Origin: Promethearchaeota archaeon
GTDB lineage: Archaea; Asgardarchaeota; Lokiarchaeia; Sigyniarchaeales; SOKP01
Length of the DNA stretch: 21,715 bases
Assembly (NCBI GenBank): GCA_048941265.1
Contig: JBHLNT010000017.1
Span: 22,931 to 44,645, forward strand
Direction: 5' to 3'
Shown here in pieces: positions 9,424-18,047 of the stretch. A model generated the notes under the pieces. It was given only the letters and a program-made list of their open reading frames with translations. It was not told the DNA's origin and did no database searches. Each line of letters starts with the position of its first letter. Within the stretch, counting starts at the first letter, position 1. Position numbers and translations under genes: made by a program.

Positions 9424-10374
9424 ATGGAAGACGTACGAGCGATATTTAATAATATGGCGAAAGAATATGACGATTTATCAGACTTATGGTACTCATGGCT
9501 TTTTTCACGACTTCATTATTTTATAGTGAATAAAATTATTCATAGAGATACTAAGAAGAAGGTATTAGATATTGGATGTGGAACGGGATTTCAATCATAT
9601 CTTTATTCTGCTGCGGGTTTTGATGTAATTGGGATAGACATTGCGAAAGATTTAATTGAAATTGCTAAAAGAAAAGAACCGATTTTTAATCCTGAGAGAA
9701 TTGAATTATTCCCGGAATACTATGACTATGTAATACGATATAATCAAAAAATAAGAAATATTCTCAAAAAAAAAGTTGGAAAAATTAAGTATTTACCTCC
9801 TAAATTTTATTTTGGTGATGCCCAGAATATAGCTTATGGTGATAACAATTTTGATCATATCAATTGTTGCGGTAGTACTTTAAGTTTTGTCCCAAAACAC
9901 AAAAAAGCAATAGCAGAGATGGCTAGAGTCTTAAAACCAGGAGGAACTTTTCTTATTGAAGTAGATCATAAATGGAGTTTTAATTTTTTATGGTATATTT
10001 TAGATCCTTTAGTTCGAGGAAAATTCCAATTTAATGAAAGTATAAGAGAAGGATTAAGATTTTTAGCTAAAAAATTTACGCGTAATATTTGGATTAATTT
10101 TCCTTTCGGTGAATACGATAAACCTGTAAATATGAATTTAAAACTATTTACAACTTTTTCATTAAAAAGAGACTTAATGAAATATGGATTGAAAGTAGAA
10201 AAGAAATTTTCAATCCATGCTATTACAAATTTAATTCCTTGTACCTTTCTTGATAGCCTAAAGCCTTCCAAAAAATTGGTGTTTCTATTTAAAATTTTAG
10301 CAAAAGTAGAAGAAAAACTTCCGTTCTATTTACCAGGATCTAGTCTAGTCCTATATGGTAAAAAATTAAAATAA
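9424..10374 (+). CDS. Class I SAM-dependent methyltransferase
   Basis: VLDIGCGTG, GIDIA, GDAQ, EMARVLKPGG. Carries a ~45 aa insertion between motifs II and III. Confidence 0.9.
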   Translation: MEDVRAIFNNMAKEYDDLSDLWYSWLFSRLHYFIVNKIIHRDTKKKVLDIGCGTGFQSYLYSAAGFDVIGIDIAKDLIEIAKRKEPIFNPERIELFPEYYDYVIRYNQKIRNILKKKVGKIKYLPPKFYFGDAQNIAYGDNNFDHINCCGSTLSFVPKHKKAIAEMARVLKPGGTFLIEVDHKWSFNFLWYILDPLVRGKFQFNESIREGLRFLAKKFTRNIWINFPFGEYDKPVNMNLKLFTTFSLKRDLMKYGLKVEKKFSIHAITNLIPCTFLDSLKPSKKLVFLFKILAKVEEKLPFYLPGSSLVLYGKKLK

Positions 10375-10437
10375 CAGAATTAGGTAAAAATCCATTCTCA
10401 TCTTTATCTTATCCCACTTTTTTAAAATTAGAGCATC

Positions 10438-11427
10438 TTATATAAATTTCAATCTCTGTAATAAACCTGTAACCAATATAGGTAAAGCTATAGTGGCATC
10501 ACACCAAATACTCACATAATCTGAATCTAAAGAATACTTTCCCCACGATTTAGATTCAGAAATAGTACAACCAGAAAGTCCCCCATCATATTCAGTAGCA
10601 GTATGGATCCTAACTGAATAATTATAACCCATTGTTTCTATATTATCTATCTGGTCAAGTAAGGGAAAAATTTGTTGAGCCCAGTTCCTAGGAACACCTC
10701 CTCCTATCACAATAGTCCCATATTTCTCAGAATTTTTAATCAATTCTCCAAAATTTAATACATCCTTAAGAATATCAAATTGAAAATCATACCCTTCTCT
10801 TTTTGAATATTTTATCAGATTTAGGGCTAATTCAGAGTCAGAAAAAGCGGGAACATAAATAGGGATATTATTTTCAGCAGCAACCGATATAATACTCCTT
10901 TTTTTTATTTTTTCTCCAAGAATTTTTAAAAATTCTGAGGGTGTCAAGTGAATATTTTTAGACTTAAATGTGTCTTGAATTATTTTAAATAATGCCACCT
11001 CAGCTGATTGGTAGTTTTCTTCTGGAAGAAATACATCATAAATTCTATTTATACGATATTCGAATAATTCATTATCATCCACATAAGGACTCCCTATAAA
11101 ATGACCTTTATCAGCAAAAATATCCACAATATCATGTATAATATTTGCTCCTGTAGAAACTAAAACATCTATCAATTTATACTCCATTAAAACGCAAATA
11201 AGGTCTCCCATCCCAGCTGGAACCATAGCCCCACTTAATGTTAAAACTGTTAAACATGTTTCATCCGTAACCATTTTTTCCAAAATTTCAAGGGCCTGTC
11301 CTAAATTGCGACCTTGAAATCCGCAATATCTTAGTGATGATAAAAGATCATTGATATTAGAAACTTTTTTTACATCATAAGGTCGAATTTTTTTTAATAA
11401 ATAATTTTCTTTAGTATGATGTTCCAT
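10438..11427 (-). CDS. Deoxyhypusine synthase family protein
   Basis: GFQG, LSGAMVPAGM, STGAN..HD, RIYDV, GGGVPRN, DGGLSGC, ESKSWGK (catalytic Lys), CDATIALP. Confidence 0.93.
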   Translation of the reverse strand: MEHHTKENYLLKKIRPYDVKKVSNINDLLSSLRYCGFQGRNLGQALEILEKMVTDETCLTVLTLSGAMVPAGMGDLICVLMEYKLIDVLVSTGANIIHDIVDIFADKGHFIGSPYVDDNELFEYRINRIYDVFLPEENYQSAEVALFKIIQDTFKSKNIHLTPSEFLKILGEKIKKRSIISVAAENNIPIYVPAFSDSELALNLIKYSKREGYDFQFDILKDVLNFGELIKNSEKYGTIVIGGGVPRNWAQQIFPLLDQIDNIETMGYNYSVRIHTATEYDGGLSGCTISESKSWGKYSLDSDYVSIWCDATIALPILVTGLLQRLKFI

Positions 11428-11445
11428 ATATAATAAAATACTTTA

Positions 11446-11478
11446 AATATTATTAATCTTATTTATATTAATAATATT
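11446..11478. promoter_or_regulatory. 12-bp perfect inverted repeat in the divergent DHS/pdaD promoter region
   Basis: aatattattaat (11446-11457), 9 nt spacer, attaataatatt (11467-11478). A/T-only, so significance is limited. Confidence 0.3.
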
Positions 11479-11502
11479 AATTAACTTATACATTACCGAA
11501 TT

Positions 11503-11556
11503 ATATCTTTAGTCCCAAACGCAGTGTTTTTCACTAAGATTAGGGATTTTAATAAT
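11503..11556 (+). pseudogene. Degenerate 18-codon relic of the pdaD 5' end
   Basis: Reads ISLVPNAVFFTKIRDFNN against MSLVPKAVFFTKGKGFHK of the gene starting 73 bp downstream. Confidence 0.75.
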
Positions 11557-11575
11557 ATTAAATTGGTGATAAATT

Positions 11576-12124
11576 ATGTCACTTGTCCCAAAAGCAGTAT
11601 TTTTTACTAAAGGTAAGGGCTTTCATAAGTCTAAGTTAGGCTCTTTCGAACAAGCTTTACGAGATGCTCGCATCGAAATGTATAACTTGGTACAAGTAAG
11701 CTCCATATTACCTCCGTATTGTATTGAGATTCCTAAGGAAGATGGGTTTGCTCAACTAGGTCCGGGTCAGATTGTGTTTGCAGTTATGAGTCGTGTTTCA
11801 AGTGATGAGTATAATCGATTAATTGCTGCATCAGTAGGAGTGGCCAAACCAGCTGATAAGAGAGCATACGGATATTTAAGCGAGCATCATGCTTTTGGTG
11901 TAAAACCTGAAAATGCAGGGGATTTTGCGGAAGATTTAGCGGCAGAAATGTTAGCTACAACGTTAGGTGTTGATTTTGATCCCAATACGAATTATGATGA
12001 GCGAAAGGAAATTTATAAAATGAATGGAAAAATCGTTGAAACTAAAAATATTACAGAATCCGCTACTGTGAAAGAAGAGGGCGAATGGCTTACAGTTTTA
12101 GCTGCAGCAATTTTTATTGTTTAA
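11576..12124 (+). CDS. pdaD: Pyruvoyl-dependent arginine decarboxylase
   Basis: SFEQALRDA, NLVQVSSILP (Ser-Ser autocleavage site), GYLSEHH, AEDLAAEMLA. ggtga RBS upstream. Confidence 0.92.
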   Translation: MSLVPKAVFFTKGKGFHKSKLGSFEQALRDARIEMYNLVQVSSILPPYCIEIPKEDGFAQLGPGQIVFAVMSRVSSDEYNRLIAASVGVAKPADKRAYGYLSEHHAFGVKPENAGDFAEDLAAEMLATTLGVDFDPNTNYDERKEIYKMNGKIVETKNITESATVKEEGEWLTVLAAAIFIV

Positions 12125-12307
12125 TTATGATTTGGTTTTTTTAAATCTTTTTTTAATAATTGATAATTTGTAGAAGTTATAAATAGCATCGCAAAGAATT
12201 TGCTATAAATCATAGAAATGTTTAAATAAAATATTTGTTATATAATAAAATTGATATAACCTATTATTAAATAATATAATTAAATCTCAGAATAAGGAGG
12301 TATGGAA

Positions 12308-12520
12308 ATGATCATTGATGAAATTGAAGGTCCTAAAAAGGGAAAAAAAGGGACTGATGATGACGATGATAATGACGATTGGGATGACGATGATGATAAT
12401 TGGGAAGATTATGATGATGAAGAATGGGATAACGATGGAGATTACGAAGATGAGTGGGATGGAGATGCAAAAGATGATTATGATGAATATGAAACTTCAG
12501 AATCTTATGATGACTATTAG
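12308..12520 (+). CDS. Small hyper-acidic, Trp/Tyr-studded protein with N-terminal KKGKKG motif, function unknown
   Basis: Strong AAGGAGGT RBS ending at 12301, whose spacing fits ATG 12308 better than 12302. 38 of 72 residues are D/E counting from 12302. GAY codon periodicity supports this frame. Confidence 0.75.
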   Translation: MIIDEIEGPKKGKKGTDDDDDNDDWDDDDDNWEDYDDEEWDNDGDYEDEWDGDAKDDYDEYETSESYDDY

Positions 12521-12690
12521 AGACTTTCAATAAACATAAACTAGAATAAATCTCATTTGATTAATTTTGAAAAAAAAAATTTTTTTTAAAAACTCGTTTT
12601 ATCCTTTAAAATTGAATTTATAAATAATATAGCAATTTATTACCCATACATTAAATAATATTTATAAAAAATATTGATTTCAATTAAAAG

Positions 12691-12900
12691 TATGAAAGTT
12701 CGAATAAGCTTGATAAAGATGAGATAAAATATTCTTCTGCTACTCATTAATCATATGGTCTTAGAGGATTTTTTACAAATTTCATTACCAATGCTCTTGG
12801 CGTAAGGTTAATTTTTTTCTATCAAAATATGTTATTCCTCATTATTATTCTAATTGGAATAGCTCTGACAATATGGGGTTTCTGGAATATGATTAATGAC
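12691..12900 (+). pseudogene. Second MFS (GPH-like) N-terminal remnant, not in the ORF track
   Basis: Reads YESSNKLDKDEIKYSSATH*SYGLRGFFTNFITNALGVRLIFFYQNMLFLIIILIGIALTIWGFWNMIND, colinear with ORF 7754. In-frame TAA at 12748. Confidence 0.78.
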
Positions 12901-13040
12901 CTCTTTTTTATGTTTATTTATTAGTTTTTTAAAAGTATATGATTTTTAAATCTAATCTGAAAATAAAAGAGCTTTAATCAGAATTAAAATTCTACTATAC
13001 AAATAACAATCAAATTAAATTCGAAATTAGGGGAAAAAGT

Positions 13041-14663
13041 ATGGCTATACTAATTAAAAATGGATTAATAGTCGATGGGTCCGGGTTTCCGGGATATAAA
13101 GGAGATCTATTAATTGAAGAAGAAAGGATTGTTAAGATTGGAGAGGATTTAGAAATCGATGGCGCTGAAGTGATTGACGCTATTAATCGGGTCGTAGCTC
13201 CAGGCTTTATAGATATGCATAATCATAGCGATCTTACATTGTTTCAGTCAACAAAAATCGAGCCGTACATAATGCAGGGCGTTACAACTCTCGTTATAGG
13301 TATGTGTGGATTAGGCATTGCACCAGCAAATGAAAAAGTAGTAAAAAACTATTTTGATTTTCTTAATAAAGCGTTTATTTCCACAGGAATGGTATTTGAA
13401 AACTTACAAGATTATTTTGATGAAATTGAAAAGAAAGGAGGCATCTCAGCAAATTTGGCATTTTTTATACCGCAAGGAAATGTAAGAGCCTGTGTGTTAG
13501 GAGCTGAAGAACGACCAGCAACTGAAGAGGAGATAAATGCCATGAAAGAAATCATAAGAGAAAACATGGAAGCTGGAGCCTTCGGATTATCTTCAGGATT
13601 AGTATATCCTCCAGGATCAGTAACTTCAACAGAAGAGTTAATTGAATTATCGAAAGTAGTTAGTGAGTATGATGGTATTTATGATTCCCATATGAGAAAT
13701 GAAGGAACAGGAGTAATAGATATTGGAATGAGTGAGTTAGTAAGAATAGCCCGGGAAGCAAATGTAAAGGCTCATATCTCTCATTGGAGTGTAATAAGTA
13801 GAAAAAATCTGAAAAAAATGACTTCAAAGGTTATTGAATACATAAAAAATGCCCAAAACGAGGGACTTAAAATTTCTGCTGATGTTACTGTTTATCCTGA
13901 TGGTTCTACAAGCTTATCGTTTATTTTGCTACCCACCTGGGTTTTTGAGAATTTCAAAGAAAATCTAACGAATGAGGAGACCAGAAACAAAATTGAGAAT
14001 GAAGTGTTCGAGAAGATCTATTCTTTCTTTTTACCGGGAGAACCAGACGAGAGTAAGAAAAGCTCATTTTTTGAAGGTTTAAGTAAATCCACTGAAGTTA
14101 TTAGTGCAACCTATTCAACTCAAATTGAGGGGATGTCGATTTATGATGCATTAAATACCCTTTATCCCGATAAAAGTCTGGAGGATGCTCTTTTGGATTT
14201 TATCAGAGACGAGGATGGGGGAATAATGATAAGAGTCCAAACTAAAGATGAGAAAAAGAGTGTAATACCTCTATTTATGCAGAAATTTGTATGCCCAAGC
14301 TCAGATGGATTTTTAGAAATGAAAAAAAATACCCATCCCCGTTCATATGGTGCCTTTGCTCGAGTATTACAGAGATGGGTTAGGGAAATGAAGATTATAT
14401 CTTTAGAAGAAGCTATTAGAAAGATGACTTCTCTACCGGCTTCAATACTGTCATTATCAGATAGAGGTCTTATTAAAGAAGGTTATAAAGCAGACATAGT
14501 TATCTTTAATCCTGAAACTATCGAAGAAAAAGGTACCATTGCTAATGGTCGTCAACATCCGGTTGGAATCGATTATGTTATCATAAATGGGGCTATTACT
14601 GCTGAAAAAGGCAAACATACAGGAGTATTAAATGGTCGAATTTTAAAATACAGAAAAAACTAA
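13041..14663 (+). CDS. N-acyl-D-amino-acid deacylase (D-aminoacylase) family amidohydrolase
   Basis: PGFIDMHNHSD, GMCG, GLSSGLVYPPG, SHMRNE, HISH, SSDG, HPRSYG, ADIVIF. Confidence 0.88.
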   Translation: MAILIKNGLIVDGSGFPGYKGDLLIEEERIVKIGEDLEIDGAEVIDAINRVVAPGFIDMHNHSDLTLFQSTKIEPYIMQGVTTLVIGMCGLGIAPANEKVVKNYFDFLNKAFISTGMVFENLQDYFDEIEKKGGISANLAFFIPQGNVRACVLGAEERPATEEEINAMKEIIRENMEAGAFGLSSGLVYPPGSVTSTEELIELSKVVSEYDGIYDSHMRNEGTGVIDIGMSELVRIAREANVKAHISHWSVISRKNLKKMTSKVIEYIKNAQNEGLKISADVTVYPDGSTSLSFILLPTWVFENFKENLTNEETRNKIENEVFEKIYSFFLPGEPDESKKSSFFEGLSKSTEVISATYSTQIEGMSIYDALNTLYPDKSLEDALLDFIRDEDGGIMIRVQTKDEKKSVIPLFMQKFVCPSSDGFLEMKKNTHPRSYGAFARVLQRWVREMKIISLEEAIRKMTSLPASILSLSDRGLIKEGYKADIVIFNPETIEEKGTIANGRQHPVGIDYVIINGAITAEKGKHTGVLNGRILKYRKN

Positions 14664-14762
14664 CTATTTTCTATTTTTTGATTTGAGTTATGAAACTTAA
14701 AGGTAAACGTTTAAAATATTCAAAGTCTCAATAATAATTAAAATTGAGTTGGGATTATCATA

Positions 14763-15620
14763 ATGGTTATAGATAAAAAATGGTTTATAGAAAAAATAAG
14801 GAAATTTTTATCTGAAGATGAAAGTAATAAGATGAAAGTTGATGGCTCGCTTATATTTGATCCTGATGTTTTGGTAGGTTTTGTAAGGGGAAATGATCCA
14901 ATCTTTGAAAGATATAAAGAAATAATTGGAGATTTTCATCTCACTCCTGTTGAAGCATACACTAAGTACTGTGAAAAAAATAAAATTTCATGTTCGACTG
15001 AGAATCTCTCGGTGGTGGCTTTCATTCTTCCTGCAAACCAGAAAACTAAAAAAGAGAACCTTGAACATTCTAAAAAAATGCCTGGAGAACGTTGGGCTCA
15101 TACAAGACTATTTGGAGAAGAAACAAACCAAAAATTGCAGAAATATATATGCAGTGAATTAGAAAAAGAAGGAATTAGAGCAGTTGCTCCTATGACTCAA
15201 GGTTATATGTTTAGGATTCACCGTAAGCATGCAAAAGGAGTCTGGGCATCCACTTGGAGCCACAGACATATGGCATTTGCTGCCGGACTAGGTTCATTTG
15301 GGCTGAGTGATGGATTTATTAACGAAAAAGGGATTGCTATGAGATGTGGAAGCATTGTTGTCGACCATAATCTTCCCTCTGACGCTGATAAACGTCCTGA
15401 AGATCCTTACTATTACTGTTCAAACTGCGGATCCTGTATAAAAAGGTGTCCAGTAGGAGCAATCACTTTCGAAACTCGCCATGATAAACAAAAGTGTTCT
15501 GAACATGTAATGTCAACAATTCCTTATATTAAAAATAATTATGGGATTACTATTTATTCGTGCGGTCTCTGTCAAGTAGGAGTTCCATGTGAAAACGAAA
15601 TTCCAACAGAGGATAAGTAA
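14763..15620 (+). CDS. QueG (epoxyqueuosine reductase)-like 4Fe-4S protein
   Basis: WSHRHMAFAAGLGSFG, CxxCxxCxxxCP, HDKQKC, CGLCQVGVPC. True substrate unknown. Confidence 0.75.
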   Translation: MVIDKKWFIEKIRKFLSEDESNKMKVDGSLIFDPDVLVGFVRGNDPIFERYKEIIGDFHLTPVEAYTKYCEKNKISCSTENLSVVAFILPANQKTKKENLEHSKKMPGERWAHTRLFGEETNQKLQKYICSELEKEGIRAVAPMTQGYMFRIHRKHAKGVWASTWSHRHMAFAAGLGSFGLSDGFINEKGIAMRCGSIVVDHNLPSDADKRPEDPYYYCSNCGSCIKRCPVGAITFETRHDKQKCSEHVMSTIPYIKNNYGITIYSCGLCQVGVPCENEIPTEDK

Positions 15621-15725
15621 ATTTCAAATTTTTTTTTAAGTTCTAAAAAGCTAATAAGTGGAGACATAATAAGAAAAATAAATTTTTAAAAAGAAATTAA
15701 ATAAAAATAAACCTATATACATTTA

Positions 15726-16874
15726 ATGGATCTTAATTTAAGATATATTTATCTTCCACTTTTATTCGTATCTGGAGTTTTAGGTTATCAAATTGTTTTT
15801 TATTTTATTTATCAGTATAATAAAGCAAAAAAAGAGAAATTAAAGCTAAGTAGAATTCTTTTAGCTTATGGATTAATATTTGGAATATTATTAAGCGGAT
15901 TTTTTATTCGTGTAATAAATCTTTATTATATTGGACCAGCTAATTTAGAAATTTTTGGATTACTTACCAAAATAACTTTTATTTTGCTTTATTCAGCATT
16001 CATGTTGTTTTTTATTATTATCTCAACTGAACCTTTTCATAAAATAATATCCGCTAAGTTTACAAAAACTTTGGCTATATTAATGATAATTCCAATTACT
16101 TCTACAATTTTATTTCAAATAGATTCACTTCCATTTATTTTTATCTCAACGACTTCACTTTTTTTATCTTATATATATATCTTGTTCTTTCATTCTAGAA
16201 TTGTTAGACTTTCTACGGGGCAAATAAAAAAAAGACTAAATCTTATATTTGGTGGATTTGCTTTATGTGTAATTCAGCATATTATTGGTGGATACATACC
16301 CAGTCGGGTATTATTTCGAAGTTATTCCCAAATCCTTCAAGTTATATCTGCACCCATTTTCATTTGCGGATTAATGATTGTTTTTTTAGGTGTGTTTAAA
16401 TTCCCTGCCTTCCTTGAGTTTGGATGGAAACAATCTTTAATACAGTTTTTAATAATTAATAGAAGTGATCATAGGGTGCTTTATTCATTTGATTTCAAGA
16501 ATGAAGACCAAATTCAGATTAAAAAATTCCCAAAAATCGAAGAAAGTAAATTAATACTTTCAAGCGGTATTATTGGAATTGATGCTATTATCTCTAAAAT
16601 TACAGACTCAAAGTCGGAGCATATTGATACAATAAAACAAGAAGATTTCCTTGTTCTTTTGAACTATGGGGATGATTCATTATCATCTATAATTTATTGT
16701 TTAATAGTAAATAAAGATATGATGAGTTTTCATTATTTTCTAAAAACAATCAAAAATAAATTCCAACAAATTTATAAAAATATTCTTATTAATCTGAATG
16801 AACTAAAGGAAGTTGAAGATAAATTGTTTTTAGGTTTTGATAAATATTTAATAAATTTAATAGAATTAGATTAG
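15726..16874 (+). CDS. 7-TM membrane protein fused to a C-terminal longin-like domain
   Basis: Seven hydrophobic segments in aa ~7-224, junction PAFLEFGW, then a beta-beta-alpha-beta-beta-beta-alpha-alpha pattern (FLIIN, VLYSFDF, LSSGIIGIDAIIS, IKQEDFLVLLNYG, YCLIV, FLKTIKNKF). Confidence 0.7.
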   Translation: MDLNLRYIYLPLLFVSGVLGYQIVFYFIYQYNKAKKEKLKLSRILLAYGLIFGILLSGFFIRVINLYYIGPANLEIFGLLTKITFILLYSAFMLFFIIISTEPFHKIISAKFTKTLAILMIIPITSTILFQIDSLPFIFISTTSLFLSYIYILFFHSRIVRLSTGQIKKRLNLIFGGFALCVIQHIIGGYIPSRVLFRSYSQILQVISAPIFICGLMIVFLGVFKFPAFLEFGWKQSLIQFLIINRSDHRVLYSFDFKNEDQIQIKKFPKIEESKLILSSGIIGIDAIISKITDSKSEHIDTIKQEDFLVLLNYGDDSLSSIIYCLIVNKDMMSFHYFLKTIKNKFQQIYKNILINLNELKEVEDKLFLGFDKYLINLIELD

Positions 16875-16889
16875 GAGGGGATTGATTAA

Positions 16890-17981
16890 ATGATTTATAA
16901 TATATTTCCGATAAATGGTCCATTGAAAGAGCCCTTGCTAATAATTGAATCATTTATAGTTATTTTCTTTTTAGAAATTGGAGCAATTTTTTGGATAAGA
17001 GCAAAGAATGAAGATGTAAATGAATTAAAAGGTTTACAAGAAAAAGCATATGGATGGTTACTTATTGGCTACTCAATAATGTGGTTGTTTATTATAATAG
17101 GCGATCATTTTGTTGAACCCCTCTATTTTAGAACCCTGATTTTGAATATTGGATTTTTGATACAAATTATTTGCCTTACTATTTTCTTTAAAATTATAGA
17201 AAACAATAAAATATTTTGGAAGAAATATCTGTTTACTAAAATTTGTATTGTAATGACTGGAATTTACCTTTTCATTTTTATCTTTTTTATTTATGATGCC
17301 GCTTTTGTGGTATCTGCATTCTGGATATTACTTGCAATATTTACTATATATTATTTAAAAGAGTTAAGTTCGAATTTTTATATAAAAAAGGAATTGGGAG
17401 ATTTCAAATTAATCTCTCTGAAATTTTGGTTAGGATTAATTATAACAGCTTTCGGCTATCAACTTACAACCAGAACTATCGTGAAATTTGAAGGTTTAGA
17501 ATTACGTTTGTTTGGAGATATTTTGCAGTTAGTTGGATTAATTTTTATATCATCATTTTTATTCTCTGTTCCCTCGTTTACAGAATATGAATGGCGCGAT
17601 CAAATTGAATATCTCTCAATAATGCATAAATCGGGATTATTTATATATCAAAAGGCATTTAAAAATAAGATAACATCTGCTATGGATGAATCAGTTATAA
17701 CAGGGACATTAACAACAATTAAAATGATGCTAGAAGAATTCGGTGATTCTAATAGTATTTCTATCATTCGAAAAAAAAATAAAACATTTATTATTGAACC
17801 AGGTAAATTTGTTTATGGAGTTATAATATGTGATAAAGAGTTAGAAGCTCTTAAAATCTTATTAAACAAATTTATTGAAAAGCTTGAAATTATTTATGAT
17901 AATATTTTAATGAGTTGGGATGGAAACTTGAAGGTTTTTATTCCAATTGATGATATTGCTAAAGAGTTTTTTAGCAGCTAA
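16890..17981 (+). CDS. 7-TM membrane protein fused to a C-terminal longin-like domain (likely divergent paralogue)
   Basis: Seven TM segments, junction PSFTEYEW, IMHKSGLFIY, ITGTLTTI, FIIEPGKFVYGVII, LLNKFIEKLE, WDGN..F. Its RBS aggagg overlaps the previous stop codon. Confidence 0.72.
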   Translation: MIYNIFPINGPLKEPLLIIESFIVIFFLEIGAIFWIRAKNEDVNELKGLQEKAYGWLLIGYSIMWLFIIIGDHFVEPLYFRTLILNIGFLIQIICLTIFFKIIENNKIFWKKYLFTKICIVMTGIYLFIFIFFIYDAAFVVSAFWILLAIFTIYYLKELSSNFYIKKELGDFKLISLKFWLGLIITAFGYQLTTRTIVKFEGLELRLFGDILQLVGLIFISSFLFSVPSFTEYEWRDQIEYLSIMHKSGLFIYQKAFKNKITSAMDESVITGTLTTIKMMLEEFGDSNSISIIRKKNKTFIIEPGKFVYGVIICDKELEALKILLNKFIEKLEIIYDNILMSWDGNLKVFIPIDDIAKEFFSS

Positions 17982-18047
17982 TAAGTTTTAATAATTCATA
18001 AAAAATCTAATAATAACATAGGTTAAAGGGATTGAAGGTGGATTAAT

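Noticed and set aside
9966-10271. 101-aa minus-strand ORF
   Set aside because: Antisense to the methyltransferase, no independent support.
12315-12533. Met-rich (+) and His-rich (-, 12333..12530) ORFs that look like metal-binding peptides
   Set aside because: Frame shadows of the GAT/GAC repeats (ATG and CAT readings); the RBS spacing favours the acidic frame.
14926-15162. 78-aa ORF
   Set aside because: Alternate frame within the QueG-like gene.
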